Counted from the stretch's first letter, positions 1-9,100 are shown. The stretch: 64,000 bases of DNA from an uncultured bacterium (GCA_903831305.1 CAIKXE010000004.1:147524-211523), one strand, 5' to 3'. Made by a program: numbers and translations. Notes: generated from the letters alone by a model not told the origin.

Positions 1-7
1 TAGTAGC

Positions 8-1540
8 ATGAAAAAATTATCTAATAATATTTTTGGTTTTATTAAAAGACATAAGATCTGGTCATTAGTTATTGGTTTGGTTATTGTTTATTTAGTCTGG
101 TATTTTATTAAGAACAGTTCTGAAAATATAAAATATACGGAAGTGCCGGTGGTGAATGGACCAATTTCTGAAATCGTCAGTGTGACCGGTAATGTCAAAC
201 CGCTTGCTGACGTGAATCTGGCTTTTGAACGTGGTGGGCGTGTTTCATCAATTCCGGTGGTTGTAGGAGACCGAGTCTATACTGGCCAGTTACTAGCTAC
301 GGTTTCAAACGCAGATTTGTCTGCCAGTCTAGACCGAGCAAGGGCAGATCTGAAAATTGCGGAAGTTCAGGCTGGTAATGTATCAGCTAGTTCAGAAGCC
401 CAAAACTCTACACTCGCCACCGCTCGCTTAAATTTACAGCAAGGAAAAGTTTCCTTGATTAATACTTTAACTGATGCTTATACTAAGGGTGATGATGCCG
501 TTCGGAATAAGATATTTTCCTTATTTACTGATCCGGTAAAATATAATGCTAATCTGGCTTTTCCAACGGAGACATTTTTGCAGGAGGATATTGAGGATGG
601 TAAGGATAAGCTCGTTGATATGCTAGACGTTTGGTATCGGGCCTTGCCAGGTCTGACCACCTCAGCTGATCTGAGCGTTAACCATAGTACCGCTAAAACC
701 AATTTGGAGGCTATAAAGAAAACATTGGATAAATGTGCCTTAGCCGTAAATAATTTATCTGCCGATAGAGATGGTGTGACCCAAACACAGATAGACACTT
801 GGAAGTCAAATGTTTCCCTGGCCCGCAGTTCTATTGATACCACTATCAGTACTGTTAATACTGCCCTGGACCAATATGAAAGCGCTGGTCTAGCCCTGAA
901 GACGGCGGAGAATAATTATCAAGTGCAGACCCTCACTGTGGATCAGGCTAGAGCCGGTGTAGCGTCAGCTGAGGCGGAACTCGCCAAATCTATGATTCGC
1001 TCACCTATCACTGGGGTGGTGACTAAAATAGATGCCAAGTTAGGGGAGATTGTCTCGGCTAATGTAAATACTATTTCGGTTATTTCTTATGGTGATTATG
1101 AAGTGGAGTCTTTTATTCCGGAGGCTGATATTTCTAAAATAAAGATTGGTAATACTGCGCTTACTACTTTGGATGCGTATGGTGATAGTGTTACCTTTAA
1201 TACCTCAGTGGTCAGAGTAGATCCTGCCGCTACGGTGATTGATGGCGTGCCGACTTATAAGGTGACATTAAAATTTGACACCAAAGATGAGCGGGTGCGT
1301 TCGGGTATGACGGCCAACCTTGATATTTTGACTAATAAAAAAGCTGATGTTCTGACCTTGCCTAGCCGGGTGATTGTGACAAAAGAGGATGGTAAATATG
1401 TTTCCTATATGAATCCCGCTGATCAAAGTGAAATCCTAGAAAAGAAAATTATCACTGGTCTGCGTGGCTCAGACGGTAACGTGGAGATCGTTTCTGGTCT
1501 TAATTTGGGGGATAAGGTAATTATTCCAGTTCTAAAATAA
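8..1540 (+). CDS. HlyD/MacA-type periplasmic adaptor (membrane fusion protein) of a tripartite/ABC efflux system
   Basis: 510-aa ORF with an N-terminal TM anchor, long coiled-coil-like middle (LSASLDRARADL..., AEAELAKS) and a C-terminal beta-barrel region. It sits immediately upstream of two FtsX-permease plus ABC-ATPase pairs. Confidence 0.6.
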   Translation: MKKLSNNIFGFIKRHKIWSLVIGLVIVYLVWYFIKNSSENIKYTEVPVVNGPISEIVSVTGNVKPLADVNLAFERGGRVSSIPVVVGDRVYTGQLLATVSNADLSASLDRARADLKIAEVQAGNVSASSEAQNSTLATARLNLQQGKVSLINTLTDAYTKGDDAVRNKIFSLFTDPVKYNANLAFPTETFLQEDIEDGKDKLVDMLDVWYRALPGLTTSADLSVNHSTAKTNLEAIKKTLDKCALAVNNLSADRDGVTQTQIDTWKSNVSLARSSIDTTISTVNTALDQYESAGLALKTAENNYQVQTLTVDQARAGVASAEAELAKSMIRSPITGVVTKIDAKLGEIVSANVNTISVISYGDYEVESFIPEADISKIKIGNTALTTLDAYGDSVTFNTSVVRVDPAATVIDGVPTYKVTLKFDTKDERVRSGMTANLDILTNKKADVLTLPSRVIVTKEDGKYVSYMNPADQSEILEKKIITGLRGSDGNVEIVSGLNLGDKVIIPVLK

Positions 1541-1541
1541 T

Positions 1542-2792
1542 ATGTTTGAGCGAAGCCTAAAAACTGGCTTGTTTCTCTCTATCAGGCAGATCCGTCGAGC
1601 TAGTCTCTGGACAAATATTCTTATTATTTTTGTGATGACCCTTACTTTTTTGAATTTGGTGGTGGTCTCTGGAATTTTAGTGGGTTTGATAGAGGGCTCC
1701 AGTAACGCTTTTCGTGAGCAGTACTCTGGGGACATTTTACTCACGAACCTAAAGAATAAAGATTATATTTCTAATACTCCTATTATTATAAAAAATATTG
1801 AATCTATCCCAGAAGTGAGGTCAATCACCACTCGGTATACGGCTGGTGGTCGAGCTGAGGCAAATTATAAAAACAAGACTAATTTAAACGATAAATCTAA
1901 TTCTGTTGGTGTGCAAATGGTCGGCATTAATCCGGCTGATGAAGACAAAACCACTGACCTATCAAAATTTATTGTTGAAGGATCATATTTTGACGGTAAT
2001 GATGAGAGTAGTGTGCTCGTTGGCTCTTCACTTTTAAAAAAGTATTCGCGCGTAGTCACCCCCAGCTTGGAATTATTAGAAAATGTGAGCGTTGGTTCTA
2101 AAATCCGAGTGTCGATCGGTAACTATCAAAAAGAAGTCACCGTCAAAGGAGTAATAAAAAGTAAAATCCAGTCTACGAGTAACCGCATCTTTTTTACTGA
2201 TGATGAATTACGGAAGATTCTAAACCGTAGTGACTACGGGGCCAATGAGATAGCCGTCAAACTTATCCCCGGTGCTGATCCCTTGATCATTGAATCTCTT
2301 TTAAAAGCAGATGGCTTTGAGAAATTTAGCAATATTGATACCTGGGAGGAAGCGCAAGGTCAGTTTTATAAAGATCTCGGATCCACCTTTGTCATTCTTT
2401 CAAATATGATCGGTAGTATTGGTTTGACGGTGGCCTCCATCACCGTTTTTATTGTGATTTTTATCAACGCTATCACCAGAAGAAAATTTATTGGAATTTT
2501 AAAAGGGATCGGTATTTCTAGTACCGCACTTGAGATCTCTTATGTTTTTCAGTCTCTGTTTTATGCTTTTATTGGTTCTGGTCTAGGCCTACTTTTGCTA
2601 TTTGGTTTTCTCAAACCGTATATAGATCTTCACCCTATTGATTTTCCTTTTAGCGATGGTATTTTGGTGGCTACTTTTAGCGGAACATCTATCCGAGTGG
2701 GTTTACTTTTTGTTATTACCATGATTGCTGGCTATATTCCCGCTAGGATTGTCACTAAGCAAAATACTTTAGATTCCATCCTGGGACGATAA
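1542..2792 (+). CDS. ABC transporter permease, FtsX/MacB-type
   Basis: N-terminal TM helix, large extracytoplasmic domain and a C-terminal 3-TM FtsX-like block. Start is 2 nt after the adaptor stop. Confidence 0.6.
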   Translation: MFERSLKTGLFLSIRQIRRASLWTNILIIFVMTLTFLNLVVVSGILVGLIEGSSNAFREQYSGDILLTNLKNKDYISNTPIIIKNIESIPEVRSITTRYTAGGRAEANYKNKTNLNDKSNSVGVQMVGINPADEDKTTDLSKFIVEGSYFDGNDESSVLVGSSLLKKYSRVVTPSLELLENVSVGSKIRVSIGNYQKEVTVKGVIKSKIQSTSNRIFFTDDELRKILNRSDYGANEIAVKLIPGADPLIIESLLKADGFEKFSNIDTWEEAQGQFYKDLGSTFVILSNMIGSIGLTVASITVFIVIFINAITRRKFIGILKGIGISSTALEISYVFQSLFYAFIGSGLGLLLLFGFLKPYIDLHPIDFPFSDGILVATFSGTSIRVGLLFVITMIAGYIPARIVTKQNTLDSILGR

Positions 2793-2802
2793 TTATAAAA
2801 AC

Positions 2803-3489
2803 ATGATACAAGTAAAAAAGATAGTAAAAACATATCATAATGGTCAGACGGATGTCCGGGTACTTAAAGGTATTGATTTAAATATTGCTGAGGGAGAATT
2901 TGTCATTATTATGGGTCGTTCCGGAGCGGGCAAGAGTACCTTGTTATACCAAATGGGTCTGCTGGATCATCCCACGAGTGGGCAAATAATTATTAATGGC
3001 ATAAATACCACTGGTCTTGTCCATGACGAGCGTACCGCCTTTAGACTTAATGAGCTCGGTTATATTTTTCAGGATTATGCTTTGGTTCCAGAGCTTACGG
3101 CCGGGGAAAATATCATGTTGCCGATGCTTATGCGAGGGGATAGTACTAAAATGGTTGAGTCTCGCTCCAAATTAGCCTTAGAGAAGGTGGGGATTGGGGA
3201 CAAGTTTGATAATCTCCCTAGTCAGCTCTCCGGTGGTGAGCAACAGCGGGTAGCTATTGCGCGGGCTTTGGCTGGGGGCCCTAAAATAATCTTTGCGGAT
3301 GAGCCCACGGCAAATCTGGACAGTGATAATTCTCGTTTAATTGTGGATTTATTTGTAAAATTGAATAAGGGTGGTCAAACTATTGTGATGGTTACGCATG
3401 AGGAAGAATATGCTAAACTAGCAGATCGGGTGGTACGTCTACAGGATGGGGAGATAGTTTCTGTTGAAGAAAATCATAAAAGTAAGTAG
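2803..3489 (+). CDS. ABC transporter ATP-binding protein (MacB/LolD-like)
   Basis: Walker A GRSGAGKST, ABC signature LSGGEQQRVAIARAL and Walker B IIFADEPT. Confidence 0.85.
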   Translation: MIQVKKIVKTYHNGQTDVRVLKGIDLNIAEGEFVIIMGRSGAGKSTLLYQMGLLDHPTSGQIIINGINTTGLVHDERTAFRLNELGYIFQDYALVPELTAGENIMLPMLMRGDSTKMVESRSKLALEKVGIGDKFDNLPSQLSGGEQQRVAIARALAGGPKIIFADEPTANLDSDNSRLIVDLFVKLNKGGQTIVMVTHEEEYAKLADRVVRLQDGEIVSVEENHKSK

Positions 3490-3504
3490 TATAAAAAGCA
3501 CAGT

Positions 3505-4224
3505 ATGAATGTAATTGAAGCAAAAAATTTAGGGAAGGTTTATGACAATGAAGGGGTAAAGACTAATGCCCTTCGTGAAGTGTTTTTTGATATAAAAAAG
3601 GGCGAATTTGTGGCCATCATGGGTCAGTCTGGTTCAGGGAAATCAACTCTCCTTCAAATTTTAGGTTTACTTGATGATTATACCAGTGGCACGTATCATT
3701 TTTTAGGAAAAAATATTAAAGATTATAATCAAAAGGAAATAGCGCAGATTCGTAATCAAAAAATGGGTTTTGTCTTTCAAGCTTTTAACTTATTAGCTCG
3801 GGAAACGGTTTTAAATAATGTTAAATTACCATTACTTTACTCTGATAAACCAGAGCAAGAGTGGGAAGAACTGGCAAAGGCGGCGGTGGTGGCGGTGGGA
3901 CTAGAACACCGAATGCATCATGAGGCCAAACAGCTATCCGGTGGAGAAAAACAGCGGGTAGCTATTGCGCGGGCTTTAGTGAATAATCCGGAGGTGATCT
4001 TTGCGGATGAGCCTACTGGTAATTTGGATTCTAAATCTGGCCAAGCCGTCATTGAGATTATACAAAAGCTGAATCGCGAGTTGGGTCATACCGTGATCCT
4101 TATCACCCACGAGACTTACACCGCGGAATATGCTGAGAGGATTATCCGTCTGCATGATGGCCAAGTAGAGAGTGATACAAAAGTAAATAACCGGCGAATC
4201 CATAGTCATGATTTTGTAAAGTAA
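3505..4224 (+). CDS. ABC transporter ATP-binding protein (second copy)
   Basis: Walker A GQSGSGKST, signature LSGGEKQRVAIARAL and Walker B VIFADEPTGNLD. Confidence 0.85.
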   Translation: MNVIEAKNLGKVYDNEGVKTNALREVFFDIKKGEFVAIMGQSGSGKSTLLQILGLLDDYTSGTYHFLGKNIKDYNQKEIAQIRNQKMGFVFQAFNLLARETVLNNVKLPLLYSDKPEQEWEELAKAAVVAVGLEHRMHHEAKQLSGGEKQRVAIARALVNNPEVIFADEPTGNLDSKSGQAVIEIIQKLNRELGHTVILITHETYTAEYAERIIRLHDGQVESDTKVNNRRIHSHDFVK

Positions 4225-4227
4225 AAA

Positions 4228-5472
4228 ATGCAAATAAAATATAGTATAAAAACAGCAGTCAACGGTTTGCGGACACATAAATCCCGCTCGGCTTTGACTA
4301 TTCTTGGAATCGTTATCGGCATTACTTCTATTATTATGGTGATGGCCTTGGGTGCGGGGGCGCAGAATCTGATTTTGGGTGAAATCCAGGGAACCATTGG
4401 CTCCAAGGTCATAGAGATCCGCCCAGGAAAAGAGCCCAAAGGACCGACTGATATGATGGGTATAATGTTTCTAGATTCGTTGAAACAAAAAGATGTTGAT
4501 GCCCTTAGTAAAAAAGCTAATGTCCCGTCTTTAACCGGAGTTATGCCTCTGGTTGTGGGAAGTGAAACCATAACTTATGACAGTGAGACTTACTCTGCCT
4601 CCTATTATGGCGTCAATCAGCTGGCCACCAGGATGTATAATATGATACCAGTAGCTGGCCGCTTTATGACGGAGGAAGAGGTCAAAGGCTTTGCGGATGT
4701 GGCAATTATCGGTAATAAGGTCAGAGAAGAACTTTTTGCTGGTAAAGATAAAGTTTTAGGTGAGAAGATCAGAATAAAAGGAAAGAATTTTAGGATTATT
4801 GGTATTCTGCCGGAGAAAGGCTCGGGTATGGTCAGCTTTGATACTATTGTTATTGTTCCTTATACTACCGCTCAGCAATATTTATCCGGTAAAAAATATT
4901 TTCAGCATATTGTGGTGGAGGTTGATTCTGAGGCTAATGTCCCGAGAGCTATAGAAGATATTAAAACGACCATAAGGGACTCTCACAATATTACCAACCC
5001 CGAGGATGATGATTTTAGTCTGGGTAGCCAGGCCGACGCTATGAAGATGGTTAGCTCGGTTATGGATACCTTAACTTTGTTTCTGGTGGCGGTAGCGGCA
5101 ATTTCTCTCATTGTGGGAGGGGTGGGGATTATGAATATAATGCTCGTCTCGGTGACCGAGCGCACAAAGGAGATTGGTTTACGTAAAGCTCTGGGAGCAA
5201 CGGATAGTGATATTCTCATCCAGTTTTTACTGGAGGCTGTTATCCTTACGGCTCTTGGAGGGCTTATTGGTATTATTTTGGGCTCCGGCTTATCTCTCAT
5301 TACTTCTGTCTTGATAAATAAATTTGCTGCCTTAAATTGGACTTTCTCTTTCCCTTGGGGTGGGGCCTTCCTGGGCCTAGGTGTTTCCAGCTTGATTGGC
5401 CTCGTCTTTGGTATTTACCCCGCTCGCCAGGCGGCTAAAAAGAGTCCGATGGAAGCGTTGCGGTATGAGTAA
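4228..5472 (+). CDS. ABC transporter permease, MacB-like (N-terminal TM, periplasmic domain, C-terminal FtsX 3-TM)
   Basis: 414 aa with MacB_PCD-like architecture and a C-terminal block of the FtsX type (…IGLRKALGAT…). Confidence 0.7.
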   Translation: MQIKYSIKTAVNGLRTHKSRSALTILGIVIGITSIIMVMALGAGAQNLILGEIQGTIGSKVIEIRPGKEPKGPTDMMGIMFLDSLKQKDVDALSKKANVPSLTGVMPLVVGSETITYDSETYSASYYGVNQLATRMYNMIPVAGRFMTEEEVKGFADVAIIGNKVREELFAGKDKVLGEKIRIKGKNFRIIGILPEKGSGMVSFDTIVIVPYTTAQQYLSGKKYFQHIVVEVDSEANVPRAIEDIKTTIRDSHNITNPEDDDFSLGSQADAMKMVSSVMDTLTLFLVAVAAISLIVGGVGIMNIMLVSVTERTKEIGLRKALGATDSDILIQFLLEAVILTALGGLIGIILGSGLSLITSVLINKFAALNWTFSFPWGGAFLGLGVSSLIGLVFGIYPARQAAKKSPMEALRYE

Positions 5473-5643
5473 CTCCACCACCTCCCCTCGAGGACTCGGT
5501 ACTCCTCCTTAATCAAGGAGGAGAAAGGGGAGTTGCTAAAACTGAGTACTAATGTTCCCTTTCCCCACCTTAGTCAAGGCGGGGTGGTGAGTCTGCGAAC
5601 CAGGGCGGTTGTGTTAGCTTTATTTCTATATTACTATCTATCA

Positions 5644-6519
5644 ATGCTAAAAATATTAGATGGACGAGTGGTGCGGGATAAGATAATGGCGGATTTGAAA
5701 AAAACCGTTGGTACTTTCAAAGTGGTGCCTAATTTAGCCATCATAAAGATCGGGGATAATCCAGATTCTGCTGTCTATGTCAAAAATAAAATTTCTTTCG
5801 CTAAAAAGATTGATGTGAATGCTTATGTGGTTTATTTTCCTCCCGGGGAAATCACTCAGGAAGTGCTCTTGGCTGAAATTGAAAAATTAAATAAAGATGA
5901 TGCGGTGAATGGCATTATCATTCAATCACCATTACCAGAACCGCTAAATTGGGCGGAGGCCGTAGAGGCGGTGGTACCAGAAAAAGATGTGGATGGCCTG
6001 ACGGCGGTCAATGTCAAAAAGTTATTAGGGAATGATTTGTCTGGTTTTGTCCCGGCCACGGCGCGCGGGGTTTTATCCTTGCTAAATTATTATGAAATAC
6101 CAATTAAGGGTAAAAAGGTGGTGGTGATGGGGCGGTCAGCCTTGGTGGGTAAGCCCGTGGCTAATTTAATGCAGAACAGTGGTGCCACAGTGACCGTTTG
6201 CCACAGTAAAACCGTTAATCCCGAAAAAGAAACCAGAGAAGCGGACATTTTGATTGTGGCTATTGGTCAGCCAGAGCTTGTGGGGGCGGATTATGTGCAG
6301 GTGGGGCAAGTGGTGATAGATGTGGGTATTACTTCGGTCATAAATGCTGATGGTACAAAAAAAGTCCTGGGGGATGTGGATTTTGAGTCCGTTAAAAACA
6401 TTGTTTCGGCTATTTCTCCGGTTCCCGGTGGGGTGGGCCCTATGACCGTAGCCTCTTTATTTCAAAATTTAGTGGAGGCAGTAGAAAGAAAAAACCGTCA
6501 GGACATACTTTCCGTTTAA
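5644..6519 (+). CDS. folD: Bifunctional methylenetetrahydrofolate dehydrogenase/cyclohydrolase
   Basis: MLKILDGRVV… start and Rossmann motif VVVMGRSALVGKPVANLM. The listed ORF starts upstream, but a FolD-like start (ATG at 5644) is in frame. Confidence 0.8.
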   Translation: MLKILDGRVVRDKIMADLKKTVGTFKVVPNLAIIKIGDNPDSAVYVKNKISFAKKIDVNAYVVYFPPGEITQEVLLAEIEKLNKDDAVNGIIIQSPLPEPLNWAEAVEAVVPEKDVDGLTAVNVKKLLGNDLSGFVPATARGVLSLLNYYEIPIKGKKVVVMGRSALVGKPVANLMQNSGATVTVCHSKTVNPEKETREADILIVAIGQPELVGADYVQVGQVVIDVGITSVINADGTKKVLGDVDFESVKNIVSAISPVPGGVGPMTVASLFQNLVEAVERKNRQDILSV

Positions 6520-6559
6520 CGGAGTACCTAATCACTTCAAGTATGTCCTGACGGTTTTT
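6491..6559 (+). terminator. Rho-independent terminator hairpin after folD
   Basis: aaaaaccgtcaggacatact … agtatgtcctgacggttttt. It is a ~20-bp perfect inverted repeat whose 5' arm overlaps the end of folD, followed by TTTTT. Confidence 0.5.
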
Positions 6560-6617
6560 CCCCTAATATGCTATAATACCCCTGTCGGTACTTTTATTAA
6601 GTTAATTTATAAAAAAT

Positions 6618-7481
6618 ATGGAAAATACGAATAATCAAAATAGTTGTTGTGAAGGTGGAGTTTGTAAGGACGGTGCTACTTGTGGTTCTTGTTGTAAAAT
6701 GTGTGAAAACATGGGCATGTGCCATGGTGGTAAGGGCCACAAAATAATGAAGTTTGCTGTTATTATCATTGTCATCCTTATCATTGTTAAAATTCTTGGT
6801 GGTGGTCATGGTGACTGGAGAGATAATAAAGTAATAAACACCATTACCGTCTCTGGTACTGGTGAAATAGTGGTCAAGCCAGATATTGCCACTGTTTCTT
6901 TTGGTGTTACCGCTGAAAATCTGGATGTAGCCAAAGCGCAAACAGAGTCCGCCACAAAAATAAATAATATTATTGCTTTCCTAAAAACTAAGGGCGTTGA
7001 GGAAAAGGACATTAAGACTACAAACTATAGTATCTACCCTCGTTATAATTATGTCGGTGCTACTACTTATTATCCTTACACTGGCAGGCAGGTACTCGCG
7101 GCTTATGTTATTTCTCAGAACATAGAAGTAAAAATCCGAAATATTGCTGATGCCGGCGCCGTTCTTACTGGGGTGGGTGAGTTTGGAGTGACGGATGTCA
7201 GTGGTTTGACTTTCACCGTGGATAATCAAGATGCCGTAAAGGATCAAGCCAGGGACCTTGCTATCACTGATGCCAAGGCTCAAGCCAAGGTTTTAGCTAA
7301 TGGTTTGGGAGTAAAATTAGTCAAGATCACTAGTTTTTCTGAAGGTGGAAACTATCCAGTATATTACGCTATGGATAAGGCCGCTGTTTCTGGTATGGGT
7401 GGAGGTGTTGTGGCCCCTCAAATACCAACCGGGGAGAACAAAATCACTTCTACTGTCAGCGTCACTTACGAAATCAGATAG
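6618..7481 (+). CDS. SIMPL/DUF541-domain protein with Cys-rich cytoplasmic N-terminus and single TM
   Basis: Residues ~80-287 match the SIMPL / 26-kDa periplasmic immunogenic protein pattern (TITVSGTGEIVVKPD…, …TVSVTYEI). The N-terminal 40 aa contain 10 Cys plus His (CCEGGVCKDGATCGSCCKMCENMGMCHGGKGH) followed by a hydrophobic helix. Confidence 0.55.
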   Translation: MENTNNQNSCCEGGVCKDGATCGSCCKMCENMGMCHGGKGHKIMKFAVIIIVILIIVKILGGGHGDWRDNKVINTITVSGTGEIVVKPDIATVSFGVTAENLDVAKAQTESATKINNIIAFLKTKGVEEKDIKTTNYSIYPRYNYVGATTYYPYTGRQVLAAYVISQNIEVKIRNIADAGAVLTGVGEFGVTDVSGLTFTVDNQDAVKDQARDLAITDAKAQAKVLANGLGVKLVKITSFSEGGNYPVYYAMDKAAVSGMGGGVVAPQIPTGENKITSTVSVTYEIR

Positions 7482-7590
7482 CGTTTCTAGGGTAATTTGA
7501 TTTTGGAGGCTTCACAGCCGGGTAGGCGAGAGAGAGCAAATTTTCAGCAGAAAATTATGCGCACTCCAAAATTAAATTACCTAGAAACGC
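7481..7590 (+). repeat. Copy A of a ~72-nt structured repeat element embedded in the loop of a terminator hairpin
   Basis: Outer stem gcgtttctagggtaattt / aaattacctagaaacgc encloses the core 7501-7572 (ttttggaggcttcacagccgggtaggcgagagagagcaaattttcagcagaaaattatgcgcactccaaaat). The core is internally palindromic (ttttggag…ctccaaaa; gcaaattttc…gaaaattatgc). Confidence 0.5.
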
Positions 7591-7673
7591 GGACATTGCA
7601 TTTTGTTTTGCTACGTGGTAGTATTAAAAGACCTCGGAGACGGGGTTTTTTAATAAAAGAATAATATAAAACT

Positions 7674-7871
7674 ATGTCAAAACTAGGAGAATATTTGAAG
7701 GAAACAAAGGCGGAGTTAAAGCATGTGAGCTGGCCATCTAAGAATCAGGCGGTGTTATTCACTGTGATTGTTGTCGTTTTTTCTATCATTGTGGCTATCT
7801 TCCTGGGGGCTTTTGACTATATTTTTACCATTGGACTCAAAAAAGTTTTGGAGCTCAAAAATCTGATTTAA
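7674..7871 (+). CDS. secE: Preprotein translocase subunit SecE
   Basis: 65 aa with a single C-terminal TM helix and the conserved synteny directly upstream of nusG. The pattern …KETKAELKHVSWPSK… is typical SecE. Confidence 0.75.
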   Translation: MSKLGEYLKETKAELKHVSWPSKNQAVLFTVIVVVFSIIVAIFLGAFDYIFTIGLKKVLELKNLI

Positions 7872-7895
7872 TAATTTAAATTTTAAACCAAATAA

Positions 7896-8441
7896 ATGGC
7901 TAAACAAAATATACAAGAAGGTAGAAATTGGTATGCTATCCACACTTATGCGGGTTATGAAAATGCCGTGGCTAGAAATCTAAAGCAGAGAATTGACTCC
8001 TTGAATATGAATGACAAGATCTTTGAGGTGATTGTTCCGATTGAGAAAAAGATTAAAATCAAAGGTGGTAAAAGAATAGAAGAGGAAGAGAAGATCTACC
8101 CCGGTTATGTCCTGGTGGATATGGCCGTGACTGATGATTCCTGGTATGTAGTGAGAAACACCCCTCGGGTGACCGGGTTTGTGGGTTCTGGGGTTTATCC
8201 GGTACCGCTAAGTAAAGAGGAGGTAGACAATATTTTCAGCCGAATGAACGCCAATACCGTCAAGCATAATAGCGGTTTGTCTGTAGATGACGCGGTGGTG
8301 ATTACGGATGGTCCGTTTAAGGATCTGGAAGGTAAGGTGAGTGAGGTGGATAACGAGCGTGGTAAGGTCAAGGTGTTGGTTTTGATGTTTGGCCGGGAGA
8401 CTTCTGTGGAGCTTGATATGTTGCAGATTCGCCCAATTTAA
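7896..8441 (+). CDS. nusG: Transcription termination/antitermination factor NusG
   Basis: NGN domain (WYAIHTYAGYENAV) and C-terminal KOW motif (GKVSEV…GKVKVLVLMFGRETSVELD). Confidence 0.85.
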   Translation: MAKQNIQEGRNWYAIHTYAGYENAVARNLKQRIDSLNMNDKIFEVIVPIEKKIKIKGGKRIEEEEKIYPGYVLVDMAVTDDSWYVVRNTPRVTGFVGSGVYPVPLSKEEVDNIFSRMNANTVKHNSGLSVDDAVVITDGPFKDLEGKVSEVDNERGKVKVLVLMFGRETSVELDMLQIRPI

Positions 8442-8498
8442 GGTAGTTTATTAATAGTCTGATTCGCTTCTAAGTCAGACAAATTATAAAATAAAAAA

Positions 8499-8924
8499 AT
8501 GGCAAAGAAAATAACAAAAAAATTAAAGTTACAAATCCCGGCTGGTAAAGCTAATCCCGCTCCACCAGTTGGCCCCGCTCTTGGTCAGGCTGGTATTAAT
8601 ATCGGTGACTTCGTCCAAAAGTTTAATGCCGCTACCGTGAAGATGATGGGGGACATTGTCCCGGTGGAAATCACTGTTTATGAGGATCGTTCTTATGATT
8701 TTAAACTAAAGACTCCACCCGCAACCGGTTTGATTCTTAAGGCCGCTGGCGTGGAGAGTGGTTCTGGTAAGCAATTAGTCAAAAAGGCTGGTACTATCAC
8801 TCGTGCTCAGGTCAAAGCCATCGCGGAGAAGAAAATGGCTGATCTAAATGCCAATGATATCAACGGTGCCATGAAAATCATTGAGGGCTCTTGTAGGTCT
8901 ATGGGGGTGGAAGTGAAGGGGTGA
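8499..8924 (+). CDS. rplK: 50S ribosomal protein L11
   Basis: [35 protein letters not shown]… is canonical L11. Confidence 0.95.
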   Translation: MAKKITKKLKLQIPAGKANPAPPVGPALGQAGINIGDFVQKFNAATVKMMGDIVPVEITVYEDRSYDFKLKTPPATGLILKAAGVESGSGKQLVKKAGTITRAQVKAIAEKKMADLNANDINGAMKIIEGSCRSMGVEVKG

Positions 8925-8933
8925 TTTTGTTCG

Positions 8934-9036
8934 CCCCGTAACTATATCATTTTGGAGTGCGCATAATTTTCTGCTGAAAATTTGCTCTCTCTCGGCTACC
9001 CGCCTGTGAAGCCTCCAAAACGATACAGTTACGGGG
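8934..9036 (-). repeat. Copy B of the ~72-nt structured repeat element (inverted relative to copy A), in the loop of the rplK terminator hairpin
   Basis: Outer stem ccccgtaactatatcatttt / aaaacgatacagttacgggg. Core 8949-9020 is the reverse complement of the copy A core with 2 substitutions in 72 nt. Confidence 0.5.
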
Positions 9037-9061
9037 CTCACCTAAATAATTGATATTACAA

Positions 9062-9100
9062 ACAAAAAACAACCCTTTATCAAGGGTTGTTTTTTGTACT
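9062..9100. terminator. Hairpin terminator
   Basis: aaaaaacaaccctttatcaagggttgttttttg, with A-run and T-run on either side. Confidence 0.5.

Noticed and set aside
5490-5530. tRNA-like anticodon arm (ctcctcc-ttaatca-ggaggag) in the GC-rich spacer before folD
   Set aside because: No T-loop (GTTCNANTC), D-arm or acceptor stem can be built. It is better explained as one of two terminator hairpins.
7481-9036. Invertible DNA switch (the inverted 72-nt repeats as recombination sites flipping secE-nusG-rplK)
   Set aside because: No site-specific recombinase nearby. The enclosed genes are essential and would be uncoupled from their promoter. Each repeat sits in a terminator loop, which is more consistent with hairpin-targeting insertion or structured-RNA function.
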